Positions 18,521-27,809 of a DNA stretch of 55,931 bases are shown piece by piece (position 1 is the first letter of the stretch; each line of letters begins with the position of its first letter). This stretch comes from a virus (lineage: Duplodnaviria; Caudoviricetes). Made by a program: the position numbers and the translations under genes. Under the pieces are notes generated by a model. It did not search any database and was not told the DNA's origin. It saw only the letters and a list, made by a program, of their open reading frames with translations. The DNA lies in the IMG/VR virus record IMGVR_UViG_3300042305_001857, positions 1 through 55,931 of that record. One strand, given 5' to 3'.

Positions 18521-18870
18521 AAATCATTATTGCCGGAACAAGAACATTTGACAATAAACAACTATTATTCAATATTATGAATGATATTGTTTGGACACTA
18601 AAATTACAAATTCCTATTATCATTTCAGGAACAGCCGAAGGTGCTGATAAACTTGGAGAAGAATGGGCAGAAGAAAGACAGTTTGCTGTTTCTCGTTTTC
18701 CACCCGATTGGAATAAGCACGGTAAAGCAGCAGGTCCAATTCGTAATTCACAAATGGCTGATGTTGCTGATATGTGTGTTGTGTTTTGGGATGGAAAGAG
18801 TAAGGGAACAAAAAATATGATTGAAACAGCACTATCAAAAGGTTTATTTGTAAAAGTTGTTAAGTATTGA
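18517..18870 (+). CDS. SLOG / DUF2493 (YspA-like) protein
   Basis: 'IIIAGTRTF', 'ISGTAEGAD..GE.WA', 'AAGPIRN.QMA', 'FWDGKSKGT..MI'. Confidence 0.85.
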   Translation: MKIIIAGTRTFDNKQLLFNIMNDIVWTLKLQIPIIISGTAEGADKLGEEWAEERQFAVSRFPPDWNKHGKAAGPIRNSQMADVADMCVVFWDGKSKGTKNMIETALSKGLFVKVVKY

Positions 18871-18871
18871 T

Positions 18872-19096
18872 ATGAAACATAATATTGGCGATCTTATAGC
18901 AAGAAGGGTCTTTAAGAGCGAAGAAATAAAACTTGGCTACATTAGTCGTATCACAAAAATAGACGGTCATGGATACTATGTCTATTTCTTTGACTGGGAT
19001 AAAGATGTGTGGTATTTAGAAAAGGATGTTGATCATTTTAAACAAGTATTAGAAGAATGGAACAACAAATGGACAACTACCAATATAGTGAACTAA
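18872..19096 (+). CDS. MKYxVGD-like small protein (MKHNIGDL)
   Basis: Family start motif. Confidence 0.55.
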   Translation: MKHNIGDLIARRVFKSEEIKLGYISRITKIDGHGYYVYFFDWDKDVWYLEKDVDHFKQVLEEWNNKWTTTNIVN

Positions 19097-19238
19097 AAGA
19101 TGCTATTAAACGAATTGATGAACTTGAAGATCAGATCAATAAACTAAAACAACTTATTTTGGATTCAACACGTTCAAGTGGTCATTTTGAACTGGATGCC
19201 TGTGATCAAAGTTTCTTGTATGAGAAAATTGGTGATGA

Positions 19239-19922
19239 GTGAAATACCTTCTACAACAAGAAACTGGTGTTATGTATGACGAGAAGTTTATGATAAAGTC
19301 TTCTCCATCCTATTCCCACTTTTTCTTATCATACGAACAACTAAAACCGGTTGAGGATAAAGAAAGTATTATTCCAGTTGGAACAGTAGAATTTGTAAAA
19401 AAGTATTGTGAACAGAATAATATTATTTTACCAGAAAACATTTCTTATCCCGAACAACTAATGGGTTTCTTTGGTAGAAATATTTGGAGTGGTGTTTATG
19501 GCGATGTAAATCCAGGACAGTTCTGTAAACCAAAATCAACAAAAGTATTTACTGGCGGCATCAAAAAAGATATTGAAGAACTGGTAAAAGATAATGAACC
19601 TGTTTGGATTTCAGATCCAGTCAATATTACATCCGAATGGCGTGTATATGTTCTAAACAAACAAATTCTTGGATATTCCAGATATGATACAGGCGATAAT
19701 GAAGAACAGCCAGATTTAGAACTTGCCAAAAAAATGGTTGAGTGCTATAATGGTTCTCCCATTGGTTATTGTTTAGATGTTGGCGTGGTTGATGGAAAAA
19801 CAATACTTGTTGAAGCAAATGATGGATGGTCTTTGGGTTATTACAGATGGGGCGATATGTGCCCTGATGACTATATCAAACTGATTACCGCTCGTTGGTT
19901 GGAGATTGTGAGCAACAAATGA
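19239..19922 (+). CDS. ATP-grasp domain protein (DUF4343-like)
   Basis: 'PVGTVEFV', 'FCKP...KVFTG', 'SEWRVYV', 'YCLDVG', 'LVEANDGWSLG.Y'. Confidence 0.8.
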   Translation: MKYLLQQETGVMYDEKFMIKSSPSYSHFFLSYEQLKPVEDKESIIPVGTVEFVKKYCEQNNIILPENISYPEQLMGFFGRNIWSGVYGDVNPGQFCKPKSTKVFTGGIKKDIEELVKDNEPVWISDPVNITSEWRVYVLNKQILGYSRYDTGDNEEQPDLELAKKMVECYNGSPIGYCLDVGVVDGKTILVEANDGWSLGYYRWGDMCPDDYIKLITARWLEIVSNK

Positions 19923-20085
19923 AAAATAAAACTAAAAATGCTTTCAAAACTCGTATGGTGGCAAACAGAGTTCAAGTTTGGCTAGGCACACCAGAAGAAC
20001 CTGAATCCGAACTAGTTTTAGATATTGATCTATTCTGGGTTCCAACTCTTATTTCTGTTCTATCTCCATTTTCTCTGAGGAAAAA

Positions 20086-20289
20086 ATGAAAAAGTTTTTA
20101 TTACTTGCCGGACAACATTATTATCCAGGAGCAGGTACACAAGATTGGATAGGCACTTTTGAAACAAAAGAAGAAGCAGAAGCACAAATCAAAATCGATT
20201 TTTCAAAAGGCGTGAAGAGGAAGCTGGTAAATGGTGATGAACATGATTGGTATGAAATTGTTGATCTTGAAGAATGGATGAACAAATGA
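20086..20289 (+). CDS. Hypothetical protein, paralog of 21281
   Basis: MKKFLLLAGQHYYP...DWYEIVDLEEWMNK. Confidence 0.7.
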   Translation: MKKFLLLAGQHYYPGAGTQDWIGTFETKEEAEAQIKIDFSKGVKRKLVNGDEHDWYEIVDLEEWMNK

Positions 20290-20558
20290 ACCCAACAACC
20301 AACCAACTATTATTTAACTGGATATATAGAACCATTATTGATGAAGGTGGCGATGGTGATGCTGTAATAGGTTTTACACATCAAGATTATAAAGAAGTAG
20401 CAAAACAATTTCGTTCTCTATTTCCCGAAAGTTGGGTTATGGAAACAAAAGAAAACCATATTATATTCTATGATGATATGGAAAGTTTGATCTTGACTGA
20501 TAAAGCAAACTTTGATAAACTAACAAACTACGGTCCTCGTATTTTAACTTGGTGATAA

Positions 20559-20906
20559 ATGACTATATCTCGTTATTGTGCTATGTGTGATATTTCATAC
20601 AGCGATGCACTTGATAGTTGCCCTTTATGTAAAACAAAGCGACTGCTTAAAATGGCAGCAGATGAAGCAGTATATAATGATGATCACGCACGAAAGCAAG
20701 AACGCAGAGCAGATAAACTAGAAGCAGAATTGGAAGAACTAAAACAAAAACTTCTTGAAGTAGAACAAACAACAGGTATATTGTGTGATAAATGTGGTTG
20801 GTCTATGAAGTTTCCAGATGAACCTTGCCGATGTGAATTAGTAGCTGAACTGGAAAGTATTAAAGAAGATTTAAGAATAATGAAAATGTATGAGGATAAA
20901 GAATGA
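20559..20906 (+). CDS. Hypothetical Zn-ribbon / coiled-coil protein
   Basis: CxxC...CxxC, a coiled coil, then CxxC...CxC. Confidence 0.6.
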   Translation: MTISRYCAMCDISYSDALDSCPLCKTKRLLKMAADEAVYNDDHARKQERRADKLEAELEELKQKLLEVEQTTGILCDKCGWSMKFPDEPCRCELVAELESIKEDLRIMKMYEDKE

Positions 20907-21280
20907 ATGATAACAAATATACTAAATTAAAAAAGTTATTGACTGACTTTGAAACTTTGTTTAATAAAACAGATTTAACAACTGACGAAATTGCTGATCT
21001 TGGAGATCAAATTAATTCTCTACAAGAAGTTTGTTATAACAAAGAAAGCAAAGATGACTGATATTCCACTTCGCCCACTATGTTATGTTCAGGATGTAAA
21101 AGTTGCTGTAAATACCGCATTTGATACATTCTATAAGAACCCAGACAAATATAGTAATCTAAAACAACTTATGGAACTTGTATATGGTGAGTTTAGTAAA
21201 ATTCCAACATATACACCAGAGTTTGCTTCAACATCAAAAGAAGAATGTGAAAAGTATATCGTAAAAGCAGATATTACAGA

Positions 21281-21526
21281 ATGAAAAAATTTTTATTAAT
21301 TGCCGGACAAGGTTATTATCCAGATCGCGGAACAGGTGATTGGGTTGGTTGTTTTAGCACATATGAAGAAGCAAAATCAAAAGTATCAGTAAAAGAAACA
21401 CACGAATACTTTTCAAGAGGACCAAGAAAAGGTCAAATAAAAGAAACAAGAAAACATTATGAGATTGACGGTGGAGAAGTTGATTGGTATGATATTGTTG
21501 ATCTTGAAGAATGGATGAATAAGTGA
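21281..21526 (+). CDS. Hypothetical protein, paralog of 20086
   Basis: MKKFLLIAGQGYYP...DWYDIVDLEEWMNK. Confidence 0.7.
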   Translation: MKKFLLIAGQGYYPDRGTGDWVGCFSTYEEAKSKVSVKETHEYFSRGPRKGQIKETRKHYEIDGGEVDWYDIVDLEEWMNK

Positions 21527-21656
21527 TCAAAAAAGTTCATACTTGTCCTTGGTGTAAATCTGGAACTATGAAACCAAACTTTGAAAATAAAAAGTTAGTT
21601 TCTATTTCTTGTGATGCTTGTGGTTTTTTTGTTTCGCCTGTTGAAAAGGAAAATAA

Positions 21657-22126
21657 ATGATCAAAATCAATATTGAAGAAGGTGATATACTTGTTAATTC
21701 TGCTTGGGTTTCATTTGAAACACCATCATTAATCATTATTGAACTTGATACAAAGAGCAAGTATCCACAAGTTGCTTGTTATGGAGAAGATCAAATATCT
21801 TTATATGCCGACGATCACACACACTATACAAAGGTGATACAGATAGACAAACAAATGTAGAAATTGATTTACCAAAAGATTTCTGTGTTCAAACAACAAG
21901 ATTAGGTCGTTATTCAGTTGAGATTTATTGTGTAAATGAAGCTATGATGAGAAAACAAGAAGCAAAAATTATTTGGGAAACAAGTAGAGAAAGGTTCCCA
22001 AAAGAAACTGAATATGATAAGAAAGTTAGTGAATGTCATCAATATGGTTTGTGTGTTTCTCAACCAGAACTTTTTGATGAACAAACACTTTGTACCACTT
22101 GTGATATTTGCCCGAGGAAGAAATGA
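21657..22126 (+). pseudogene. Hypothetical gene apparently frameshifted at a CA dinucleotide run
   Basis: ORFs 21657..21860 and 21776..22126 fuse if one CA is removed from CACACACAC (21816-21824). The downstream ORF has no convincing start of its own. Confidence 0.5.
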
Positions 22127-22469
22127 ATAAGCCAAACACAGATAAAAATAAAATTGTTATTTATGCTTTTTTTAGTGATATTAAAACTCACGGAACACTT
22201 CGTGAGTTTATTGAAAACGTAACAGAGCTAGAAAAAAGAGCATTACAATCTGGATTGTCTGATTTAAATATTGAAAGTGATGGTGGTTATATTTCTATTT
22301 TCTGTTTTAGATTAGAAAATGATCTTGAATACAAAGAACGTATGCGAGTTGTAAAATATTATGAAGATGTAGAAAGAGAAGCAGAAGAAAGAAGAAAGAA
22401 AAGTTTAAAACAAGAAGAACAAAAAGAGCGAGAACATTACGAACGACTAAAAAAGAAATATGGTGATAA

Positions 22470-22943
22470 ATGAAACTAACAGATATTCCAAAACATATAA
22501 CAGAGATAGAGCCACCATATTTCTTCCGAACCTTTTACGCTAAATATAAAATCTCTATTGATGAATTTACAGATGTAAAACCACTATTCCATTTAAGTTA
22601 TTATGATGGACCTTTGACTGGCATATTTGAATGTAAAGAACATTTCTTTTATGCCTCATTCATCTATTATGAAGAACGAACATTTTGGGTATGTTGGGAA
22701 CTAACAGAAGAACAAAAGAAAACTATATTTGATATACATAAACTATTTCAAGATAATGTTGGAACACATACCGATTATCATTACGATGAAGAAGTAGGAT
22801 GGAAGAGAAATATAGGTGAAACAAAACCAGAAGAAAACTGGGCTAAGTATTATAAAAATCCAGATGTTCCAAAAATAGATCATACTGAAATAACAAGTGC
22901 CGATATATTTGCTATACTACATAATCCATTTAGGAGTTGGTGA
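22470..22943 (+). CDS. Hypothetical protein
   Basis: 157-aa ORF in an overlapping run ('YYDGPLTG'). Confidence 0.65.
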   Translation: MKLTDIPKHITEIEPPYFFRTFYAKYKISIDEFTDVKPLFHLSYYDGPLTGIFECKEHFFYASFIYYEERTFWVCWELTEEQKKTIFDIHKLFQDNVGTHTDYHYDEEVGWKRNIGETKPEENWAKYYKNPDVPKIDHTEITSADIFAILHNPFRSW

Positions 22944-24026
22944 TGAAAAAGTTTGTTTTGAAATGTAGCACCTGCGGTCCAGTCAACAATTGTAATTGTT
23001 CAGTAAGCTATACTGAATACCTAAAACTAATTGATCTTCTTATTAGATTACAACCTTGGGTTGACTATCCTACTCCGCCTGAACTCATAAGCGAATTGGC
23101 AACAGCAATCAGCGAGGGAGATACAGATTGGGTTCCTTGTGAGATTGAGGAAAACAAATGAATAAAGAATTAGTACAAGCATTAGAAAAACTAAATGAAG
23201 ATATACAAGAAATCATTTCTAAAATAGAAATGATGAGTGAAGCAGCAAAATCAACAAGACCAGAACTAAAAACATGTGAAGAGTTTGTGGAATGTGTTAA
23301 AAAATTTCGTAAATTACAAGACGAAAAAGATGCTAAACTAGCGGAGTTGCAAAAATGAATAACAGATGTGAAGAATGTGGAAGTTGGGATAGTGAATGTG
23401 GATCACCTAAACCAATTTTAGATTGTGGTTGTAATCGTTGCCTATCACATACAAATCAACTTCTACAAAAAAACCTAAAAGGTCTTGAAAACTTCAAAGC
23501 CTTACCACTTGAAAAAAAGTTAGAGTTCCTTGAACAAATTGGTATTTTAGAAAAAGATAAAGATAAGTATAAACTATCAAAAAACTATGGTGGATAGAAT
23601 GACTGACCGTTTTCAAGATCAACCTTGGTATATCAAACTATGGAGATACAGACATTATTTGTGTATTCCATATTCCACTATCATCTACAGATATCGTAGC
23701 AAAATAGCAGAAAAAAACTGGAAATTTGCCTATGATCTTGCTGTTGGTGATGCTCAAATAAAAATGAACTGGCTTTATACGCTTGACGAAGTGAAAGAAA
23801 CTTTAGAAAGTAAGAGGCAAACAAATGAGTATGATGTATAACTTTCTTCTTGAAGAAAACAAGAAGATGGCAAAAGAAAATCAAGAACTGATAGAATTTG
23901 TCAATAGTGTTCAAGTGGCACTATCTCATCTGCTGCAAGATGGTGATATAATGGAAAGTGGCTTGACTTCTGCTAAAGACCTGTTACAATCTGCTGAAGA
24001 ACTTCAAAACAAACATCGGGGTAAAA

Positions 24027-24734
24027 ATGAAAAGTATTGAACTATATGGTGATGGTATTGGTCGCGTTGAACTGGTCCAATCAGTTGGTTCAGACGTTAT
24101 GATTGTGAATAGTGCCCGTGTAAGTTTCGGTGTTCACAAAGAAGAACTGGATGATAAAGATAAAAAACTTATTCGTTATCTTATCAAACACAAGCATACT
24201 TCAACTTTGGAGCATTGTTTTGTAACTTTTCGTGTAAAAGTCCCATTATTCATTCGTTCTCAGCACCATCGCCACCGCACTTGGTCGTATAACGAAATAT
24301 CAAGACGTTATACTGCTGAAAAACTTGAGTTTTATGAACCACAACAATTTAGAACACAACACAAAAGCAACCGGCAAGCAAGCAATGAAAACGAACTTGT
24401 TGATCCTTGGCTAACACTACCAGATCAGTGGATTCAAGGAAGAACTGCCGCTTCTGCTATTCGCGATCATCATGAAGATTCTGTAAGACTTTATAATGAG
24501 CTAATGGAAAAAGGTGTTTGTCGCGAACAGGCTCGTGGTGTGCTTCCACAAAATCTTTATACTGAATACTATGCTTCAGCAAATATGAATAATGTTTTGA
24601 AGTTTATTGATCTTCGCTCTCATGAAGGAGCACAATACGAGATCGTAAAAGTAGCGGAAGCAATGCGAACTATTCTGGAAGAACTTTACCCAGAAACAAT
24701 GGCTGCTTACAATGAAGTGAAAAACACGCTATGA
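24027..24734 (+). CDS. thyX: Flavin-dependent thymidylate synthase
   Basis: 'NSARVSF', 'H.STLEH', ThyX motif 'RHRTWSYNEISRRY', 'REQARGVLP', 'AQYEI'. Confidence 0.95.
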   Translation: MKSIELYGDGIGRVELVQSVGSDVMIVNSARVSFGVHKEELDDKDKKLIRYLIKHKHTSTLEHCFVTFRVKVPLFIRSQHHRHRTWSYNEISRRYTAEKLEFYEPQQFRTQHKSNRQASNENELVDPWLTLPDQWIQGRTAASAIRDHHEDSVRLYNELMEKGVCREQARGVLPQNLYTEYYASANMNNVLKFIDLRSHEGAQYEIVKVAEAMRTILEELYPETMAAYNEVKNTL

Positions 24735-25003
24735 TGGAACTTATAGGTTGGATAGGTGGAGTTAGTCTTGCTATATGTGCTTTTCCACAAGCAATAAAAG
24801 TATGGCGTGAAAAAAATGCTGATGGAACAAGTCATGGAATGTTGTGGCTGTGGATGGTTGGAGAAGTTTTTACACTAATATATGTTTTATTTGATAAGTT
24901 TTCCTATCCACTACTACTGAACTATTCTCTAAGCATTATTTTTGTTGCTGTTATTTTTTATTATAAGTATCTCTATGGAAAAGTTAGAAAAACTAACATA
25001 TGA
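24731..25003 (+). CDS. PQ-loop / SemiSWEET-type membrane protein
   Basis: Three TM helices, 'IGWIG...AFPQAIKVWR', 'LLNY'. Confidence 0.8.
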   Translation: MMELIGWIGGVSLAICAFPQAIKVWREKNADGTSHGMLWLWMVGEVFTLIYVLFDKFSYPLLLNYSLSIIFVAVIFYYKYLYGKVRKTNI

Positions 25004-25736
25004 TACAATAATACTTGGTGGAACACTGGAAGCACTTGTTCACAGTTATATTGAGGGAATACCACTAATAATGGTAAACCCTCAAATACCTTTTTATCTT
25101 GATGTTGATATTCACGGATCAAATAAGTCAAAAGTATGGGCTAAGTTGAGTTTTTTTCTTTCTTATGCCGGACTAAACCCTGTTGGTCTAAAAGCCGGAA
25201 GTTATAGGTTTGATGAAGAAAATGTTGTAACAATATTTGGTAAATCGGCATATAAAATAGAAGTTCAGTATAATAACATTATTAGATATGATGAAATAAA
25301 GCCAACTGAAAAGTTGAGAGTGTTTGATTATCTAAAAGTATTGAATGTTACACGAGAACATATCAACATTATAAAACAAATAAATAGCGGTGATGATTTT
25401 ATAAATCATTTCCGCACAGATGCCGGAACAGCGATCACACAAATATGTGCTGTAAGTTCAATAAAACAAGAAGATATAAATAAAGAAGAATATGGTGAAA
25501 TATATGCTCGATTGAAATCGGTTGATATGCTAAAATCGGCAGGAGTATTTGGTTTTATTGAAAACAAAAAAGAAGGAGGAATAAGAAAACACTTGATAAA
25601 AGCAACCTCTCTAAAAAGAGAAGTTATATTTGATACTGTTGTAGAAGAGGACAAAGTCCTGGAACAAAGAACTGAAACAAAAAGTGCTTTGTTGCAAAAA
25701 ATAACAAATATGTTTGGAAGCCCATATGTTGCCTGA
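24975..25736 (+). CDS. Hypothetical protein with degenerate Rossmann (FAD-binding-like) start
   Basis: 'YDTIILGGTLEAL'. Confidence 0.45.
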   Translation: MEKLEKLTYDTIILGGTLEALVHSYIEGIPLIMVNPQIPFYLDVDIHGSNKSKVWAKLSFFLSYAGLNPVGLKAGSYRFDEENVVTIFGKSAYKIEVQYNNIIRYDEIKPTEKLRVFDYLKVLNVTREHINIIKQINSGDDFINHFRTDAGTAITQICAVSSIKQEDINKEEYGEIYARLKSVDMLKSAGVFGFIENKKEGGIRKHLIKATSLKREVIFDTVVEEDKVLEQRTETKSALLQKITNMFGSPYVA

Positions 25737-26658
25737 TATACAAAACGGTAAAAAAGATGTAAATGCCTTTCACCTGGCTGGAATAGTTCCAGTTGCAGGT
25801 CAAAAACTTGATTTCAACTTTCCTTGGCACGATTCGCTGATGCCAGTATCCAATGATCTAACAGCAGTAGAAAACGCTGTGCTGACTTGTAGTTATGCCG
25901 GCTGTGAAAGTATATGGATCGTGGCACATCGTGAAATGCAGCCTATTTTACGGCACAGGATAGGGGATTGGATATATGAGTTTGGTTCTCTTATCCAAGC
26001 AAAGTTCGCACAAAAACGACCTTCTGATCATTTGAAGTCAATATCAATATTTTATGTTCCAATACATCCAAAAGACAGAGATAGACGAGACTGTCTTGCT
26101 TGGAGTGTTGTATATGGTTCATTGCGAGCATTCTTTTTGGCTAGAACAATAACTTCCTGGGTTGTGCCAGATAAATATTTTGTTTCTTTTCCATATGGTG
26201 TTGTTCCTCGCCAAACAATATATGAACACCGCCATCTCATAAGTTCTCCCAAGAACTACTATATGGAACACGAAGGAAAAACCGTGAGAGATGGAGAATA
26301 TCTGCCTTTCACCTTTGACAAAGATGACTTTATAAAGTTTAGGCGAGTTATAAGAAAAGGAACCGGTGTATATACAAATGCCAGTTTCAACGAAGTAACA
26401 AGACGCATGACACAGGACATTCTTCCTTTGGAGCAAAGATATAGTGCCAGACACTTCTCGCTTGACAAAGTCTTCGGGTGTGCTACACTCGAGGGGAACA
26501 ACGTCGGGCAAACGCCGTGGTATTGTCGTATAGATACTTGGAACAACTACTTGAAGTATATGGCTAATGAAAAAGCATACAAGAGTATAAGACCAAGGTG
26601 GATGAAATATCACGAGTGGAACCCAATGGGTGTTGATACAGAAGATTTGGAGTTGTAA
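25726..26658 (+). CDS. Nucleotidyltransferase-like (NTP_transferase fold) protein
   Basis: 'LAGIVPVAG', 'LMPV', 'AGCESIWIV', C-terminal 'WY.RIDTW..Y'. Confidence 0.6.
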   Translation: MLPDIQNGKKDVNAFHLAGIVPVAGQKLDFNFPWHDSLMPVSNDLTAVENAVLTCSYAGCESIWIVAHREMQPILRHRIGDWIYEFGSLIQAKFAQKRPSDHLKSISIFYVPIHPKDRDRRDCLAWSVVYGSLRAFFLARTITSWVVPDKYFVSFPYGVVPRQTIYEHRHLISSPKNYYMEHEGKTVRDGEYLPFTFDKDDFIKFRRVIRKGTGVYTNASFNEVTRRMTQDILPLEQRYSARHFSLDKVFGCATLEGNNVGQTPWYCRIDTWNNYLKYMANEKAYKSIRPRWMKYHEWNPMGVDTEDLEL

Positions 26659-26698
26659 AATGATTTTGGCAAGCCTAACTACATTAGGAGAACTTGAT

Positions 26699-27058
26699 AT
26701 GCCAACGAAAGAAACTTCGGACAAAACACCTCGTCAGTTTGACGAACTTGATTTTGAAATGATCAAAGAAACAGCAAAAGAAGCACACAAGAAACTATTG
26801 CTGAAAAAAACAGAAGCAGGTTTGACATCTGCTGAAAAAAATGCTATACCTGTTTATATCAAAGACATGGCTTCATATATCAAAAAGTATGCCAAGCAAG
26901 GTCGGTTCAAGTTTGAATATGACTGTAAAAACCTAACAAATAACTGTTTTGACGAGTTGGCAAAAGAGTTCAAAGAGCGTAATCCACTATTTTTTGTTGT
27001 TACAGATTATGGAACAAAAACATTGATAGTGGAATGGACCGGAAAAAACGAATGCTGA
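26699..27058 (+). CDS. Hypothetical protein
   Basis: SD AGGAG before MPTKETS; a hairpin follows at 27066-27090. Confidence 0.65.
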   Translation: MPTKETSDKTPRQFDELDFEMIKETAKEAHKKLLLKKTEAGLTSAEKNAIPVYIKDMASYIKKYAKQGRFKFEYDCKNLTNNCFDELAKEFKERNPLFFVVTDYGTKTLIVEWTGKNEC

Positions 27059-27107
27059 ACCAGAATAAGACCTCCACCGAGGTCTTGTTTCTTCTGTGGA
27101 AAAATGT

Positions 27108-27398
27108 ATGAAATATCAAGTTGGTGATATTCTGCTTGTCAAGAATTATGAATATAAACTTCACCCTCGCCTTCACCCTCGCCTTCACCCTCGCCCTCGC
27201 CCTCGCCTTCGCCCTCGCCCTCGCCTTCGCCCTCGCCTTCGTAATACAATTGGTATTATCACAGAAGTTGAAAAACACAGTGATATTTTTGAAAAACATT
27301 CAACTGAAAATGATAATGGTTATATTTGGTATTCACAAGTTGATGGACGGGAATACTATTTCTATGAAGACGAAGTCATTGGTGAGGTAATCAAGTGA
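27108..27398 (+). CDS. MKYxVGD-family protein with expanded (L/P)(H/R) repeat; paralog of 18120
   Basis: LHPRLHPRLHPRPRPRLRPRPRLRPRLR insert; flanks closely similar to the 18120 gene. Confidence 0.7.
   Translation: MKYQVGDILLVKNYEYKLHPRLHPRLHPRPRPRLRPRPRLRPRLRNTIGIITEVEKHSDIFEKHSTENDNGYIWYSQVDGREYYFYEDEVIGEVIK
27159..27242. repeat. C(C/T)TC(G/A)C hexamer tandem repeat, about 14 units, copy 2
   Basis: CTTCAC CCTCGC CTTCAC CCTCGC ... CTTCGT. Confidence 0.9.
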
Positions 27399-27625
27399 AA
27401 TACAAAGTTGGTGATGTTTTTATATTTAGAGAATACGTTCCAAAACAAGATGAAGATCCGCTTTTTTTGGAACTAATGAAGCCATTATACAACACTATTG
27501 GAATAGTGCTATCTGTCATAGAACACCCAAGTGGAAGCACATCGTATACATATTATTCTCAAAAAGATATGCGAGAACTACACATACCAGCCAACTTTAT
27601 AACGGAGTTGATAAGTGAAGTATAA
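27395..27625 (+). CDS. MKYxVGD-family small protein
   Basis: MKYKVGDVF...NTIGIV. Confidence 0.6.
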   Translation: MKYKVGDVFIFREYVPKQDEDPLFLELMKPLYNTIGIVLSVIEHPSGSTSYTYYSQKDMRELHIPANFITELISEV

Positions 27626-27809
27626 TATTGGTGATCTGCTTATTCTTCCTTGTATTTGTTTGAATGGATATATTGTCAAGTCTAATAAACTGGGAGTTGT
27701 TATAAGAGAGTTTCATACCCAGGATAAGTATTCTTATTCTAAAAGAAAACTTGAACATTTTTTGACTTACCAAGATTCGCAGCATTTTTCTATCAATAAA
27801 GAGGTATAA
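27615..27809 (+). CDS. MKYxVGD-family small protein
   Basis: MKYNIGDLL. Confidence 0.6.
   Translation: MKYNIGDLLILPCICLNGYIVKSNKLGVVIREFHTQDKYSYSKRKLEHFLTYQDSQHFSINKEV

Noticed and set aside
18120-27398. Diversity-generating retroelement TR/VR pair
   Set aside because: Differences between the paralogs are not adenine-specific, and no reverse transcriptase is present in the window.
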